Source: an uncultured Prochlorococcus sp.
GTDB lineage: Bacteria > Cyanobacteriota > Cyanobacteriia > PCC-6307 > Cyanobiaceae
Direction: 5' to 3'
DNA: 64,000 nucleotides
NCBI GenBank assembly: GCA_902626435.1
Contig: CACOFO010000002.1
Location: forward strand, 24,275-88,274
The notes under the pieces are model-generated. The model did not search any database, was not told where the DNA came from, and was given only the letters and a program-made list of their open reading frames with translations. Below, piece after piece: positions 63,163-64,000 of the stretch (its first letter is position 1; every line of letters begins with the position of its first letter). The position numbers and the translations under genes were made by a program.

Positions 63163-64000
63163 ATGCAGATACCCCCATTTACTTTAAATAGGCAGTTCCA
63201 AGAAATTGGTTCTGAAATTGAGAGTGAGGTTTTTAAAGTTTTAAAAGGGGGCCAATATATTGGAGGACAAGAGATTGCCAAATTTGAGGAAAGTTTTTCT
63301 AATCTGATTGGGGTTGAAAATACTATTGGATGTAATAGTGGAACTGATGCTTTAGTGTTAGCTTTGCGTGCATTAGATATTGGTGCGGGCGACGAAGTTA
63401 TTACCTCATCTTTTAGCTTTTTTGCGACGGCAGAGGCTATTAGTGCAGTTGGTGCTAATCCTATTTTGGTAGATATAGATCCTGAAACTTATCTAATTAA
63501 TACTGAACTAATAGAACAAGAAATAAATTCTAATACCAAGGCAATTATGCCAGTTCATCTGTTTGGGAATGCAGTGAACATGAACTTAATAAAATCGTTG
63601 GCCAATAAATATAACTTAAAAGTAATCGAAGATTGTGCTCAGGCAACATGCACAATGTGGGAAAATTCCAAAGTTGGTAGTATAGGTGATATAGGTTGTT
63701 TTAGCTTTTTTCCTACTAAGAATTTAGGAGCTGCTGGAGATGGTGGAGCAGTTACAACATCTAATCAGAAGATTGCCAAAAAAATTAGAGAACTAGCTGT
63801 TCATGGTAGCCCAATACGATATCACCATACTCAAATTGGATATAACAGCAGACTTGATACCATTCAAGCTGCCATATTAAATGTCAAAATTAAATATATT
63901 TCTCAGTGGATCAATAATCGCCAAAAAATTGCTAATAATTACCTTGATTTATTAGAAAAAAATCCATTTATTAGTTTTCCTAAAATTAGTACTGAATCAA
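63163..64000 (+). CDS. DegT/DnrJ/EryC1/StrS aminotransferase, 3' end outside the window
   Basis: Read by hand from ATG 63163: CNSGTDAL, GDEVIT, PVHLFG, EDCAQA, SFFPTKNLG, GYNSRLD. Confidence 0.92.
   Translation, partial: MQIPPFTLNRQFQEIGSEIESEVFKVLKGGQYIGGQEIAKFEESFSNLIGVENTIGCNSGTDALVLALRALDIGAGDEVITSSFSFFATAEAISAVGANPILVDIDPETYLINTELIEQEINSNTKAIMPVHLFGNAVNMNLIKSLANKYNLKVIEDCAQATCTMWENSKVGSIGDIGCFSFFPTKNLGAAGDGGAVTTSNQKIAKKIRELAVHGSPIRYHHTQIGYNSRLDTIQAAILNVKIKYISQWINNRQKIANNYLDLLEKNPFISFPKISTES

Noticed and set aside
1-64000. CRISPR arrays, tandem repeats, IS elements, defence systems
   Set aside because: None seen; intergenic spacers are short and non-repetitive, and every long ORF matches a housekeeping or conserved cyanobacterial family

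Overview
AT-rich, densely packed core-genome segment of a marine picocyanobacterium, most likely a high-light-clade Prochlorococcus (inferred from D1, PsbO, NtcA and Amt1 sequences, gene order and base composition). It runs from a glyoxalase/mutS2/obgE block through psbA, aroC, ftsH, sat, psbO, coaBC, pyrB, crtR, ileS, glmM, thyX-dcd, ntcA, psbH/N/I, leuCD, glyA, murJ, amt1, ispH, purH, cobS, tgt, psbK, pyrE, hisB and fabI into a truncated DegT-family aminotransferase. It holds three tRNAs (Leu-TAG, Arg-ACG, and a CAT tRNA that is probably Ile2). I see no mobile element, prophage, CRISPR array, defence locus or genomic island, and no new multi-gene system. The most interesting signals are small: (1) a multi-helix structured region of about 167 nt ahead of an Arg-rich DUF3155 gene; (2) tandem NrdR-type boxes over the promoter of an operon joining a P-loop-degenerate CobO-like gene to dcd and thyX; (3) a +1 frameshift in essential ileS at an A9 run; (4) three core genes (mpg, crtR, cobS) with no ATG/GTG/TTG ahead of their conserved N-termini; (5) an ETTGLESQ variant in the D1 D-E loop that may be a recombined patch; (6) an unlisted 42-aa ORF divergent from psbA. 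Family names come from recognising motifs and synteny; no database searches were run.
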